Source: Clostridia bacterium
GTDB lineage: Bacteria; Bacillota; Clostridia; Monoglobales; Monoglobaceae
DNA length: 64,000 nucleotides
Direction of reading: 5' to 3'
Assembly (NCBI GenBank): GCA_045646865.1
Contig: JAZRLM010000004.1
Span: forward strand, 695 to 64,694
The notes under the pieces were generated by a model that did not search any database, had not been told where the DNA came from, and saw only the letters and a program-made list of their open reading frames with translations. A program made the translations under genes and the position numbers. Positions 10,481 to 20,506 of this stretch are shown in pieces (the first letter of the stretch is position 1; the number at the start of each line of letters is the position of its first letter).

Positions 10481-11320
10481 ATGTTTTTAATAAAGGAAAA
10501 GACAGTTTTAAATCCCAACGTTACAAAAATGGTTGTAGAGGCACCAATGGTTGCAAAAAAAGCAAAGGCAGGACAGTTTATAATTCTGCGTGTTGACGAA
10601 AATGGCGAAAGAATTCCCCTTACCATTGCGGACTATAACCGCACCGAGGGAACAATTACCATTATATTTCAGATTGTTGGTGCTACAACATTTAAGCTCA
10701 ATAACCTGAATAAAGGCGACTATATCTGTGACTTTGTAGGGCCTTTGGGAAAAGCTTCCGAGGTTGAGGGCTTTAAAAAGGTTGCAGTTATCGGTGGAGG
10801 TGTTGGCTGTGCTATTGCATACCCCACAGCTAAGGCTCTTAAAGAAAACGGTGCAGAGGTTCACTCTATAATCGGTTTCCGCAACCAAGACCTTGTTATT
10901 CTTGAGAATGAATTTAATGAGGTATCCGATAAGGTTGTCCTTATGTCCGATGACGGCTCCTGCGGTGAAAAGGGTCTTGTTACCGACGCTCTTCGTAAGC
11001 TGGTTGAAGGCGGCGAAAAGTACGATTTGGTTATTGCAATCGGGCCCCTTGTTATGATGAAATTTGTTTGTCTGCTTACTAAAGAACTTGGAATAAAAAC
11101 TGTTGTAAGTATGAATCCCATTATGATTGACGGCACAGGAATGTGCGGTGGATGTCGACTTACCGTTGGCGGTGAAATGAAGTTTGCCTGTGTTGACGGC
11201 CCTGATTTTGACGGACATCAGGTTGATTTTGACGAGGTAATAAGACGAAGCTTAATGTATAAAGAAACTGAAAGAAAGCACCACGAGGATGCGTGTAATT
11301 TATTTAAGGGGGTAGAGTAA
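10481..11320 (+). CDS. nfnA: NfnA-like sulfide/dihydroorotate dehydrogenase-type FAD/NAD-binding subunit
   Basis: 279 aa, ferredoxin-reductase fold with a C-terminal Cys cluster (CGGCRL..FACVDGP). Immediately upstream of the GltD-like partner. Confidence 0.75.
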   Translation: MFLIKEKTVLNPNVTKMVVEAPMVAKKAKAGQFIILRVDENGERIPLTIADYNRTEGTITIIFQIVGATTFKLNNLNKGDYICDFVGPLGKASEVEGFKKVAVIGGGVGCAIAYPTAKALKENGAEVHSIIGFRNQDLVILENEFNEVSDKVVLMSDDGSCGEKGLVTDALRKLVEGGEKYDLVIAIGPLVMMKFVCLLTKELGIKTVVSMNPIMIDGTGMCGGCRLTVGGEMKFACVDGPDFDGHQVDFDEVIRRSLMYKETERKHHEDACNLFKGVE

Positions 11321-11321
11321 A

Positions 11322-12710
11322 ATGGCTAATATGTCGCTTAAAAAGAATGAAATGCCTGTGCAAAGCCCCGAGGTCAGAAACAAAAACTTTAAAGAGGTTG
11401 CATTGGGTTACACCGAGGAGCAGGCAATTGACGAGGCAAAACGTTGTCTTAACTGTAAAAATATGCCCTGCGTTGGCGGTTGTCCTGTTAAAATACATAT
11501 TCCCGAATTCATAGCAAAGGTAGCGGAAGGTGATTTTCAGGGTGCTTATGATGTTATTTACAAGTCAAGTTCTCTTCCTGCAGTTTGCGGAAGAGTATGC
11601 CCTCAGGAAAATCAATGCGAGGGCAAATGTGTTCGGGGTATTAAGGGCGAGCCGGTTGGTATCGGCAGGCTTGAAAGGTTTGTTGCCGACTGGTATATGC
11701 AAAATAGAACAAAAGCAAATCTTGATATAAAGAAAAACGGCAAAAAAGTGGCTGTTGTAGGCTCTGGCCCTTCAGGTCTTACCTGTGCCGGTGATCTTGC
11801 AAAACTTGGCTATGCTGTAACCGTTTTTGAGGCGTTGCACATCCCCGGTGGTGTGTTGGTTTATGGTATTCCCGAATTCCGTCTGCCAAAAGGTATAGTA
11901 AAACGTGAAATTGAAAACTTAAAGGCTCTTGGTGTTGAGGTTGTGACAAATGCGGTAATCGGCAAAACCGAAACTGTTGACGAGCTTCTTGAAGATGGCT
12001 TTGAGGCTGTGTTTATCGGCTCGGGTGCAGGTCTTCCAAGGTTTACGAATATCCCGGGTGAAAATTTGAATGGTGTATATTCCGCAAACGAATTTTTAAC
12101 AAGAACAAACCTTATGAAGGCGTATGAAGAAAATTCTGCAACACCGATTATCCGTGCAAACCGTGTTGCCGTTGTAGGCGGTGGAAATGTTGCTATGGAT
12201 GCGGCAAGATGTGCAAAAAGACTTGGTGCAGAAGAAGTTTATATTGTTTACCGTCGCTCTATGGACGAAATGCCCGCAAGACGAGAAGAGGTTGAACACG
12301 CAGAGGAAGAGGGTATTATTTTTAAAACCCTTAACAACCCGGTTGAAATTATCGGCAATGAAAATAAATTTGTATCAGGCATCAAATGTGTAAAGATGGA
12401 GCTTGGTGAACCTGACGAATCAGGCAGAAGGAGCCCGATTGTGGTTGAAGGCTCTGAATATGTTCTCGATGTTGATGCGGTGATTATGTCAATCGGCACA
12501 TCACCCAATCCGCTTATAAGAAACACAACGGTGGGTCTTGAAACAGACAGACGTGGCTGTATAATCACAAAGGATGATAGCGGTCTTACCACCAAGGTCG
12601 GTGTTTATGCCGGCGGTGATGCAGTAACGGGTGCGGCAACGGTCATACTTGCTATGGGTGCAGGTAAACCGGCAGCACAGGCAATAGATGAATATATAAA
12701 AACTAAATAA
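11322..12710 (+). CDS. nfnB: NfnB / NADPH-dependent glutamate synthase small-chain-like oxidoreductase
   Basis: 462 aa with N-terminal Fe-S Cys motifs (CLNCKNMPC, CPV), the dinucleotide site VGSGPSGL, and AGGD. Confidence 0.8.
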   Translation: MANMSLKKNEMPVQSPEVRNKNFKEVALGYTEEQAIDEAKRCLNCKNMPCVGGCPVKIHIPEFIAKVAEGDFQGAYDVIYKSSSLPAVCGRVCPQENQCEGKCVRGIKGEPVGIGRLERFVADWYMQNRTKANLDIKKNGKKVAVVGSGPSGLTCAGDLAKLGYAVTVFEALHIPGGVLVYGIPEFRLPKGIVKREIENLKALGVEVVTNAVIGKTETVDELLEDGFEAVFIGSGAGLPRFTNIPGENLNGVYSANEFLTRTNLMKAYEENSATPIIRANRVAVVGGGNVAMDAARCAKRLGAEEVYIVYRRSMDEMPARREEVEHAEEEGIIFKTLNNPVEIIGNENKFVSGIKCVKMELGEPDESGRRSPIVVEGSEYVLDVDAVIMSIGTSPNPLIRNTTVGLETDRRGCIITKDDSGLTTKVGVYAGGDAVTGAATVILAMGAGKPAAQAIDEYIKTK

Positions 12711-12714
12711 TAGA

Positions 12715-12751
12715 AAAAAGGCTCTCTGCACAAAAGTGTAAAGAGCTTTTT
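12715..12751. terminator. Bidirectional terminator
   Basis: aaaaaGGCTCT...AGAGCttttt lies between convergent genes. Confidence 0.55.
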
Positions 12752-12755
12752 AATT

Positions 12756-13499
12756 TTAATATGTAATAATACGGTTAACCTCAAAGGTTTGGTTTTCTTC
12801 AAGAAAATGCATTCCAAGCTTGGTTGAAATATCATCGTGGATTTTGCCAAAGTCTGCCATACCACACCATGGCTCAATACAAACAAAGTCGGAGAATGGC
12901 TCTGTCCATATAAGCAGATTTTCGCAACCCTCATATGAAATTTTGGTTTCTTCGGATGTTTTGGTATTTTTAAGTGAAACCCAAGTGCTGTCAACATCGG
13001 TGTAAACAACGGTTATTGATTTATCAAAAAGTTGGTCCGAAAGGGCAAGAACAGTATGCCCGTCGTGTGAGCCGATAGAGAAAAACATTTTGCTGTTATT
13101 TTTGTTGATGACCTTATATCCGATGTCAATAGAATTTCCGCACAGAGTATATTTAACATAAAGTTCAAAGTCATATGGATATGAAAGTTTTGTTTCTGTA
13201 TTGGATACAAGAACAAAGGTTACAGAGGTTTCTGACTGCTCTGCAATATCAAATTCTGAAAACATTGCAAAGCCATGGGGCTTCATTGGATAATCCTTGC
13301 CGTTAACCGTAATTTTATCGCCGACGGGATAACCGCAAATAGGAAAGAGAACAGGTGCCTGATCTTCCCAAAGGTTATCGGGCTGATGAAGGTGTTCTTT
13401 GCCGTCTGACGTTTTTATACTTTTCATTTCTGCGCCGAGAGTGCTGATATTTAATGCTAAAAATTCATTGCTAATTTCTATAATCATTTTTTTGCTCAT
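12756..13499 (-). CDS. Aldose 1-epimerase family protein
   Basis: Mutarotase-like beta-sandwich pattern (PVLFPICGY, HGF). The start was moved to Met 13499 (MSKKMIIE) because 13500-13583 holds the upstream gene's terminator. Confidence 0.6.
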   Translation of the reverse strand: MSKKMIIEISNEFLALNISTLGAEMKSIKTSDGKEHLHQPDNLWEDQAPVLFPICGYPVGDKITVNGKDYPMKPHGFAMFSEFDIAEQSETSVTFVLVSNTETKLSYPYDFELYVKYTLCGNSIDIGYKVINKNNSKMFFSIGSHDGHTVLALSDQLFDKSITVVYTDVDSTWVSLKNTKTSEETKISYEGCENLLIWTEPFSDFVCIEPWCGMADFGKIHDDISTKLGMHFLEENQTFEVNRIITY

Positions 13500-13548
13500 T
13501 TGATTTATTAACATTATTATATAAACATTTATCTGTTTTGTCAACTTT

Positions 13549-13574
13549 AAAAGCCCTGCATCTGCAGGGCTTTC
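13549..13574 (-). terminator. Terminator of the AGCS symporter gene
   Basis: Hairpin AAAGCCCTGCAtcTGCAGGGCTTT. Confidence 0.6.
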
Positions 13575-13583
13575 AGATTTCAT

Positions 13584-15104
13584 TTATTTTTCCTGTTCTT
13601 CCTGAATTTCAGGGAATACAGAAAGCATTGGTTTTACATCCAGTTTGCGGATTTTTCTATCTATGTAGTTCTTTGTAATCTTGCAAACCAGACCTGAAAG
13701 AACGATAACACCAATAAGGTTGGGAATCATCATAAGACCGTTGAATGTGTCCGAGATATCCCATGCAAGTGAAGATGTCATCAGCGCACCGCACATAATC
13801 ATAACAAGGTGAATAACCTTGTAAACCTTCGTTGTTTTTGTTCCAAACAGGTATTCCCATGCTTTTGTACCGTAGTGGTCCCAGCCGAGAACTGTTGTGA
13901 AAGCAAACAGGAGAATGGCAATAGCGATAAACTTACTACCGAGATTTCCAAAGCTGAATACCGAGTTAAAGGCTTCTGCAACCATTGTGGCATCATTTGT
14001 GTGAGTACCGATGGGTGCGGTAATGTCAAATACTCCTGATGTAAGAACAACAAGTGCAGTCATTGTACAAACAACCATTGTATCAGCAAAAACCTCGAAG
14101 ATACCCCACATACCCTGCTGAACGGGTTCTTTTACGTTTGAGTTTGAGTGAACCATTACAGAAGAACCAAGACCTGCTTCGTTTGAGAAAACACCGCGCT
14201 TAAAGCCCTGAACCATAACGGTTTTGATAATTGAACCGGTAACACCGCCGGCAACTGCAATAGGGCTGAATGCCTGAGTAAAGATTGCCTTGAAAGCAGT
14301 ACCGATTTGTGCATAGTTAACGCCGATAATAATTAGGCTTCCTGCTACAAACAAAACTACCATAAAGGGTACAACTTTTTCTGCAAAGGATGCAATTCTC
14401 TTAAGACCGCCCAGAACGATAAGAGCAGCAATAACAACAAGAACGATACCGATAACAACCGAATAAGCTGTTACACCGTCATAGAGGGGTATGCTTGTAA
14501 GTGCTTTTACGGGGAAAGCAGACTCAATGTTAACTACAATCTTGTTAATCTGTCCCATTGCACCGATACCGAATGATGCAAGGAGTGTAAAGATTGAGAA
14601 CAGTATTGAAAGAACTTTACCGATAGTCTTGCAACCCTTGAAGGAACCAAGACCATCGCGCAGATAATACATTGCACCGCCTGACCATTCGCCGTCAGCA
14701 TTTTTGCGGCGGAAGAAGATGCCCAGAACATTTTCAGAATAATTTGTCATCATTCCAAAGAATGCAGCAACCCACATCCAGAAAACAGCACCGGCACCGC
14801 CGATACATATTGCAGCAGCAACACCTGCGATATTACCTACGCCGATTGTTGCAGCAAGAGCTGTACAAAGAGCCTGGAAGGGAGAAATGGATGCTTTGTC
14901 TTTGCTGTGACCGATTACATCCTTGTGGAAAAGACTGCCAATGGTGTTTTTCCACCAAAGACCAATGTGTAAAACCTGGAAGAATTTGGTCAATACTGTT
15001 GTTAATACACCTGTAAAAAGCAACAATGCAAGACCAAGGGTTGTCCATACAAATGTGTTTATAACATCATTGTATGCGGCAAGTTGAGTAAAAAATTGAT
15101 TCAT
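13584..15104 (-). CDS. Alanine/glycine:cation symporter (AGCS family)
   Basis: 506-aa polytopic protein with GGAGAVFWMW, the family signature. Preceded by a glycine riboswitch. Confidence 0.85.
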   Translation of the reverse strand: MNQFFTQLAAYNDVINTFVWTTLGLALLLFTGVLTTVLTKFFQVLHIGLWWKNTIGSLFHKDVIGHSKDKASISPFQALCTALAATIGVGNIAGVAAAICIGGAGAVFWMWVAAFFGMMTNYSENVLGIFFRRKNADGEWSGGAMYYLRDGLGSFKGCKTIGKVLSILFSIFTLLASFGIGAMGQINKIVVNIESAFPVKALTSIPLYDGVTAYSVVIGIVLVVIAALIVLGGLKRIASFAEKVVPFMVVLFVAGSLIIIGVNYAQIGTAFKAIFTQAFSPIAVAGGVTGSIIKTVMVQGFKRGVFSNEAGLGSSVMVHSNSNVKEPVQQGMWGIFEVFADTMVVCTMTALVVLTSGVFDITAPIGTHTNDATMVAEAFNSVFSFGNLGSKFIAIAILLFAFTTVLGWDHYGTKAWEYLFGTKTTKVYKVIHLVMIMCGALMTSSLAWDISDTFNGLMMIPNLIGVIVLSGLVCKITKNYIDRKIRKLDVKPMLSVFPEIQEEQEK

Positions 15105-15126
15105 GGTATAAAACCCTCCTATAAAA

Positions 15127-15326
15127 TAAAAAAATAGCTACCATTTTATTGGTAGCTCCGGAATAATATACACAGACATATCTAAATTAAACTTATTGTC
15201 TGCTCCGTCCTTTTGCCTGAGAGATTCGGTCGTATCCGACCTTGCACCTTCGGCACTCAAAACGAGATTCTCCGGAGTGTCCTCCACTTTCAGTCTTCAA
15301 AGAATCCTGAAAGTTTCAATGGTTAT
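15127..15326 (-). promoter_or_regulatory. Glycine riboswitch (single aptamer) with intrinsic terminator
   Basis: The minus strand reads CUCCGGAGAAUCUC..UGCCGAAGGUGCAA..CUCUCAGGCAAAAGGACGGAG. It is followed by hairpin AGCTACCAataaaaTGGTAGCT and a T7 run (15127-15157). Confidence 0.8.
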
Positions 15327-15332
15327 ACATAT

Positions 15333-15360
15333 ATTATACTCAACTTTTGTTATAAGTCAA
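15333..15360 (-). promoter_or_regulatory. Sigma-A promoter of the riboswitch-AGCS transcript
   Basis: The minus strand reads TTGACT, a 16-nt spacer, then TATAAT. Confidence 0.6.
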
Positions 15361-15455
15361 TAGTTTTTGTTAATTTAATAACAATTTTATCAAATTTTGG
15401 TTGAGTTTTAACATTTTATCATATATTTAATATAATAAAAGAGTGGAGGTGGCTT

Positions 15456-16733
15456 ATGAATATACATATTGTAAAATCAGGTGACACAGTTTCGTCAATC
15501 GCACAGCAATACGGTGTTCCGCAGTTTGTGGTGACAACACTTAATAATCTTGAAGATATTCCCAATCTTGTGGTGGGGCAGGCTATTTTGATACTTACCC
15601 CAACACAGTATCACACAGTAAATCAGGGAGAGACTGTCTATTCTATCGCACAGCAGTATGGGGTGTCTGTCAACAGAATTTATCGCAACAATCCGATATT
15701 AAGAGGGCAGAATATAGTGTACCCCGGTCAGACACTTGTAATATCCTTTGAGTCAGACAGAACAAGGCGGATTGACGTGAACGGATATGCATATCCCTAT
15801 ATTGACATAAATCTATTGCGGAGTACCCTGCCATATATAAATTATATGACACCTTTTACTTATGGAATAACCAATAGCGGTGGTCTTGTTGACCTTGATG
15901 ACGAAGAGCTTATTGCTATTGCTAATGAATATGGAGTAACTCCTTTAATGCATCTTTCAACACTTACCGAGCAGGGAGGTTTCAGTAACGAGCTTGCAAG
16001 TATGGTTCTCAACAATCCTGAAATTCAGGATAGCCTGACAAGCGATATTATAGAAAACATTCAAAACAAAGGTTACGGTGGTCTGGATATTGACTTTGAG
16101 TTTGTTTATCCTCAGGACGCACAATTATATGGTGATTTTATCGGGAAACTTGCGGAAGCATTAAATCCTCTGGGCTATGATGTGGTTGCGGCGCTTGCAC
16201 CCAAAATTTCGGATACACAACGGGGACTTTTGTATGAGGGGCATGACTTTCGGGCAATAGGTTCAAATGCCAATGCGGTGTTACTTATGACTTATGAGTG
16301 GGGCTATACTTACGGGCCGCCCCTTGCCGTGGCGCCAATCAGAAATGTGCGTCAGGTGGTGGAGTATGCTTTGGGGATAATTCCGCCAGAAAAGATATTC
16401 CTAGGAATTCCAAACTATGGATATGACTGGACACTTCCTTATGTCAAGGGCGAGTCAAGGGCAGATTCTATATCCAATGTGGAGGCAATACAGATTGCGG
16501 CAAGGAACGGTGCTGAAATTCAGTATGACGAGGTTTCGCAATCGCCATGGTTCAGATATACCGATAGTGAAGGAAGGGAACACGAGGTCTGGTTTGAAGA
16601 TGTTCGCAGTATTCAGCAAAAGTTTAATCTTATAAATGAAAAGAATCTTCGCGGAGCAGGATACTGGAACTTGATGCGACCATTCCAACAGAATTGGTCA
16701 CTGCTGGATTATATGTTTGATGTGCAATATTAG
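15456..16733 (+). CDS. LysM-LysM-GH18 spore cortex hydrolase-like protein (YaaH/SleL type)
   Basis: Two LysM repeats (SGDTVSSIAQQYGV and QGETVYSIAQQYGV) and the GH18 catalytic motif GLDIDFE. Confidence 0.8.
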   Translation: MNIHIVKSGDTVSSIAQQYGVPQFVVTTLNNLEDIPNLVVGQAILILTPTQYHTVNQGETVYSIAQQYGVSVNRIYRNNPILRGQNIVYPGQTLVISFESDRTRRIDVNGYAYPYIDINLLRSTLPYINYMTPFTYGITNSGGLVDLDDEELIAIANEYGVTPLMHLSTLTEQGGFSNELASMVLNNPEIQDSLTSDIIENIQNKGYGGLDIDFEFVYPQDAQLYGDFIGKLAEALNPLGYDVVAALAPKISDTQRGLLYEGHDFRAIGSNANAVLLMTYEWGYTYGPPLAVAPIRNVRQVVEYALGIIPPEKIFLGIPNYGYDWTLPYVKGESRADSISNVEAIQIAARNGAEIQYDEVSQSPWFRYTDSEGREHEVWFEDVRSIQQKFNLINEKNLRGAGYWNLMRPFQQNWSLLDYMFDVQY

Positions 16734-16743
16734 CGAGGATGAT

Positions 16744-16842
16744 ATGAAAGAAATAATTGTTTTTGTTTTGGGAGCGATAGCCGGAGGAGGCATATCCGTT
16801 GTGCTTTTTTGTGCAATGAGTATAAATAAATACAACAAATGA
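16744..16842 (+). CDS. Candidate 32-aa single-TM small protein
   Basis: Not in the ORF track. ATG sits 7 nt after GAGGA. Sequence MKEIIVFVLGAIAGGGISVVLFCAMSINKYNK. The stop abuts a strong terminator. Confidence 0.45.
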   Translation: MKEIIVFVLGAIAGGGISVVLFCAMSINKYNK

Positions 16843-16876
16843 AAAAACACCGTTGGAATTTTCCAACGGTGTTTTT
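16843..16876. terminator. Bidirectional terminator
   Basis: aaaaAACACCGTTGGaatttTCCAACGGTGTTttt lies between the small ORF and nifJ. Confidence 0.8.
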
Positions 16877-16892
16877 AGTAGTTAATGCAAGA

Positions 16893-19800
16893 TTAGCATT
16901 CTGCGTTCTTCTTGTAGATTTCGTATCTTTCAATAAGGTCTTTTTCGGCCTTGTCGAAGAGCTGAGCTGCAACTTCGGGGAATGCTTTCTTGAGCATGAG
17001 ATAACGGTTTTCGCCCTCAAGGAATTCCTTAACTGTGCCTGTTGGCTCTTTTGAGTCAAGGATGAAGGGGTTCTTGCCTTCTTCTTTGAGTGTGGGGTTG
17101 TATCTCCAGAGGTGCCAGTAACCTGTCTGAACAGCCTTCTTTTCTTCAGCGATTGTGTTTGCCATACCTGTCTTGATACCATGGTTGATACAAGGAGCGT
17201 ATGCAATAATCAGTGAAGGACCGGGATAAGCTTCAGCTTCCTTAATAGCCTTAAGAGCCTGATTCATATCAGCACCAAGAGCGATCTGTGCAACATATAC
17301 ATAGCCGTATGTTGTACCAATCATACCAAGGTCTTTTTTCTTAACCTTCATACCTGATGCAGCAAACTTAGCAACTGCAGCAGTAGGTGTAGCCTTAGAT
17401 GCCTGACCGCCTGTATTTGAGTAAACTTCGGTATCAACAACAAAGATGTTGATGTCTTCGCCTGATGCGATAACGTGGTCAAGACCGCCGTAACCGATAT
17501 CATAAGCCCAACCGTCGCCGCCAAATACCCACTGTGATCTCTTAACAAGGAAGTCGGTTCTGTCTGCGATTTCTTTGATTGCAGGGTTAGACATATCAGC
17601 ATCCTTGATAAGTGCGATAATGTCCTTTGCAGCAGCCTTAGATGCGTCTGCGTTGTCCTTGCCTTCAATCCAAGCCTTGAATGCGTCAGCAAGTTCAGGC
17701 TTAACTGCGTCCATAACAGAATTCATTCTTGAAACCAAAGTGTTTCTGATCTTCTTGTTAGCCATAACCATACCAAGACCGAATTCAGCGTTATCTTCAA
17801 AGAGTGAGTTAGCCCAAGCGGGACCCTTGCCTTCAGCGTTCTTGCAGTAAGGCATTGAAGGAGCAGAGCCACCCCAGATTGATGTACAACCTGTAGCATT
17901 TGCAACCATCATTCTGTCACCAAAGAGCTGAGTGATAAGCTTGATGTAAGGTGTTTCACCACAACCTGCACAAGCGCCTGAGAATTCAAGCATAGGTGTT
18001 GCAAACTGTGAGTTCTTTGTACTCTTTGTGATATCTATCTGATCCTGTTTTGAAGAAACAGTCATAGCGAATTCCCAGTTGGGAGCTTCCTTCTCAACTT
18101 CGGCGATAGGCTTCATTGTGAGGGCTTTTTCCTTAGCAGGACAAACCTGAGCACAAACGCCACAGCCAAGACAGTCAAGAGGTGATACCTGTATTCTGTA
18201 TTCCATGCCTTGGAAGCCTGTTGCAGCCTTTGTTACAAAGCCTTCGGGTTTCTTTGCAGCTTCGTCAGCGTTCAGAAGAACAGGACGGATCGCAGCATGA
18301 GGACAAACGAGTGAACACTGGTTACACTGAATACATTTGTCGATATCCCATGAAGGAACAAGAACTGCAACACCGCGCTTTTCGTATCTTGATGTACCTG
18401 TTTCAAAAGTACCGTCTTCGATACCTGCAAATGTGCTAACGGGGAGCTTATTACCAGCCTGTGCGTTAACGGGCTGAACAATGTTCTTGATGAAGTCGGG
18501 AACGTTGTTTGCCTTAACGTTCTTATCAACTGCATCTTTCCAAGCTGCGGGAACTTCAACCTTAACGAGAGCTTCAATAGCGCCGTCAACTGCGTCGCAG
18601 TTCATCTTAACGATTTCGTCACCCTTCTTGCCGTATGTCTTCTTGATAGCGTTCTTGATAAGTTCAACAGCCTTGTCAAAAGGAATAACCTCAGCAAGCT
18701 TAAAGAAAGCACTCTGTGTTACCATGTTAATTCTGTTGGGACCAAGACCAACTTTTACTGCAACGTCAACTGCGTTGATGATGTAGAAGTTGATTTCGTT
18801 TTCAGCAAGATATTTCTTAACGTTTGCAGGAAGATGTTCTTCCAGCTCTTCAGGAGACCATACACAGTTAAGGAGGAATGTACCGCCCTTCTTGAGTCCT
18901 TCAAGAACGTCGTACTGTGTGAGGTATGCAGGCTTGTGGCAAGCAATGTAGTCAGCTTCATCAAGGAGATATGTTGACTTGATGGGCTGCTTACCAAATC
19001 TCAAGTGAGACATTGTTACGCCGCCTGATTTCTTTGAGTCATAATCAAAGTATGCCTGAGCATAAAGGTCGGTATTGTCACCGATAATCTTGATAGCATC
19101 CTTGTTTGCACCAACAGTACCGTCACTGCCGAAGCCCCAGAACTTACAACGTGTTGTTCCCTCGGGAGCAGCATTGATTTTTTCGGGGAGTTCAAGTGAA
19201 AGGTTGGTAACATCGTCAACGATACCGATAGTAAAGTTGTTCTTGGGAGCGTCTGAATCAAGGTTGTTGTATACTGCCATAATCTGAGTGGGAGTTGTGT
19301 CTTTTGAACCAAGACCGTAACGACCGCCAACAATTTTGGGAGCATTTTCCTTGCCGTAGTAAAGGTTGCAAACGTCAAGGTAAAGGGGCTCGCCAAGTGA
19401 ACCGGGTTCCTTTGTTCTGTCAAGAACAGCAATCTTTTCAACTGTTGAAGGAATTACATCAAAGAAGTACTTGGGAGAGAATGGTCTGTAAAGGTGAACC
19501 TTAACAACACCAACCTTGCCGCCGCGTGCATTGATGTAATCAACTGTTTCTTCGATAGCTTCGCAAACAGAGCCCATAGCAACGATAACCTTTGTTGCGT
19601 CGGGAGCACCGTAGTAGTTGAAGGGCTTGTATTCTCTGCCTGTGATTTTTGAAATATCCTTCATATAGTCAGAAACTATATCAGGGATAGCGTCATAGTA
19701 TTTGTTTGCAGCTTCTCTGCCCTGGAAGTAAATGTCTGAGTTCTGAGCTGTACCGCGGAGAACAGGATGTTCAGGGTTGAGAGCGTTATCCTTGAATGCT

Positions 19801-20402
19801 TTAAGAGCATCCCAGTCAAGAAGACCCTTAAGATCTTCGTAATCCATAACTTCAACCTTCTGAATTTCGTGAGAAGTTCTGAAACCGTCGAAGAAGTGGA
19901 GGAAGGGAACTCTACCTTTAATTGAAGCAAGGTGAGCAAGACCTGCAAGGTCCATTGTTTCCTGAACACTACCTGATGCCAGCATAGCAAAACCTGTCTG
20001 ACGACAAGCCATAACGTCCTGATGGTCACCAAAGATGTTAAGAGCGTGAGCTGCAAGAGCACGGGCACTTACGTGGAAAACTGTAGGAAGAAGTTCACCT
20101 GCAATTTTGTACATATTGGGGATCATAAGAAGAAGACCCTGTGATGCTGTGAATGTTGTTGTCAAAGCACCTGCCTGGAGTGAACCGTGAACGGCACCTG
20201 CAGCACCTGCTTCAGACTGCATTTCAACAACGTCAACTGTTTCGCCGAAGATATTCTTCAGACCGTCTGCACTCCACTGGTCAACATTTTCAGCCATGTT
20301 TGAAGAGGGAGTGATAGGATAGATAGCAGCTACTTCTGTAAACGCATAGGCGCAATGTGCAGCAGCGCTGTTACCATCCATGGTTTTCATTTTTTTAGCC
20401 AT
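16893..20402 (-). CDS. nifJ: Pyruvate:ferredoxin (flavodoxin) oxidoreductase
   Basis: Start taken at MAKKMKTMDGN (20402), preceded by AAGGAGG. Two ferredoxin motifs (CIQCNQCSLVCP, CLGCGVCAQVCP) and a TPP domain (GGDGWAYDIG). Confidence 0.92.
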   Translation of the reverse strand: MAKKMKTMDGNSAAAHCAYAFTEVAAIYPITPSSNMAENVDQWSADGLKNIFGETVDVVEMQSEAGAAGAVHGSLQAGALTTTFTASQGLLLMIPNMYKIAGELLPTVFHVSARALAAHALNIFGDHQDVMACRQTGFAMLASGSVQETMDLAGLAHLASIKGRVPFLHFFDGFRTSHEIQKVEVMDYEDLKGLLDWDALKAFKDNALNPEHPVLRGTAQNSDIYFQGREAANKYYDAIPDIVSDYMKDISKITGREYKPFNYYGAPDATKVIVAMGSVCEAIEETVDYINARGGKVGVVKVHLYRPFSPKYFFDVIPSTVEKIAVLDRTKEPGSLGEPLYLDVCNLYYGKENAPKIVGGRYGLGSKDTTPTQIMAVYNNLDSDAPKNNFTIGIVDDVTNLSLELPEKINAAPEGTTRCKFWGFGSDGTVGANKDAIKIIGDNTDLYAQAYFDYDSKKSGGVTMSHLRFGKQPIKSTYLLDEADYIACHKPAYLTQYDVLEGLKKGGTFLLNCVWSPEELEEHLPANVKKYLAENEINFYIINAVDVAVKVGLGPNRINMVTQSAFFKLAEVIPFDKAVELIKNAIKKTYGKKGDEIVKMNCDAVDGAIEALVKVEVPAAWKDAVDKNVKANNVPDFIKNIVQPVNAQAGNKLPVSTFAGIEDGTFETGTSRYEKRGVAVLVPSWDIDKCIQCNQCSLVCPHAAIRPVLLNADEAAKKPEGFVTKAATGFQGMEYRIQVSPLDCLGCGVCAQVCPAKEKALTMKPIAEVEKEAPNWEFAMTVSSKQDQIDITKSTKNSQFATPMLEFSGACAGCGETPYIKLITQLFGDRMMVANATGCTSIWGGSAPSMPYCKNAEGKGPAWANSLFEDNAEFGLGMVMANKKIRNTLVSRMNSVMDAVKPELADAFKAWIEGKDNADASKAAAKDIIALIKDADMSNPAIKEIADRTDFLVKRSQWVFGGDGWAYDIGYGGLDHVIASGEDINIFVVDTEVYSNTGGQASKATPTAAVAKFAASGMKVKKKDLGMIGTTYGYVYVAQIALGADMNQALKAIKEAEAYPGPSLIIAYAPCINHGIKTGMANTIAEEKKAVQTGYWHLWRYNPTLKEEGKNPFILDSKEPTGTVKEFLEGENRYLMLKKAFPEVAAQLFDKAEKDLIERYEIYKKNAEC

Positions 20403-20477
20403 GAAAATAAGCCTCCTTAAAATATATAAATTAATTAATTTTACAAAGCATGTACAACACATAGTCGTACAGCAAAC

Positions 20478-20506
20478 ATTATACCATATATCTTTGCAAA
20501 ATTCAA
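20478..20506 (-). promoter_or_regulatory. Sigma-A promoter of nifJ
   Basis: The minus strand reads TTGAAT, a 17-nt spacer, then TATAAT with a TG extended -10. Confidence 0.6.

Noticed and set aside
10508-11218. 236-aa ORF antisense to nfnA
   Set aside because: It mirrors a strongly conserved sense gene. The product is low-complexity and rich in Asn, Cys and Lys. It has no RBS and no motif.
15213-15404. 63-aa plus-strand ORF
   Set aside because: It is antisense to the glycine riboswitch and its promoter.
16730-17206. 158-aa minus-strand ORF overlapping the nifJ 3' end in another frame
   Set aside because: It is a basic low-complexity product that runs through the bidirectional terminator and the small ORF. 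The nifJ frame explains the region.
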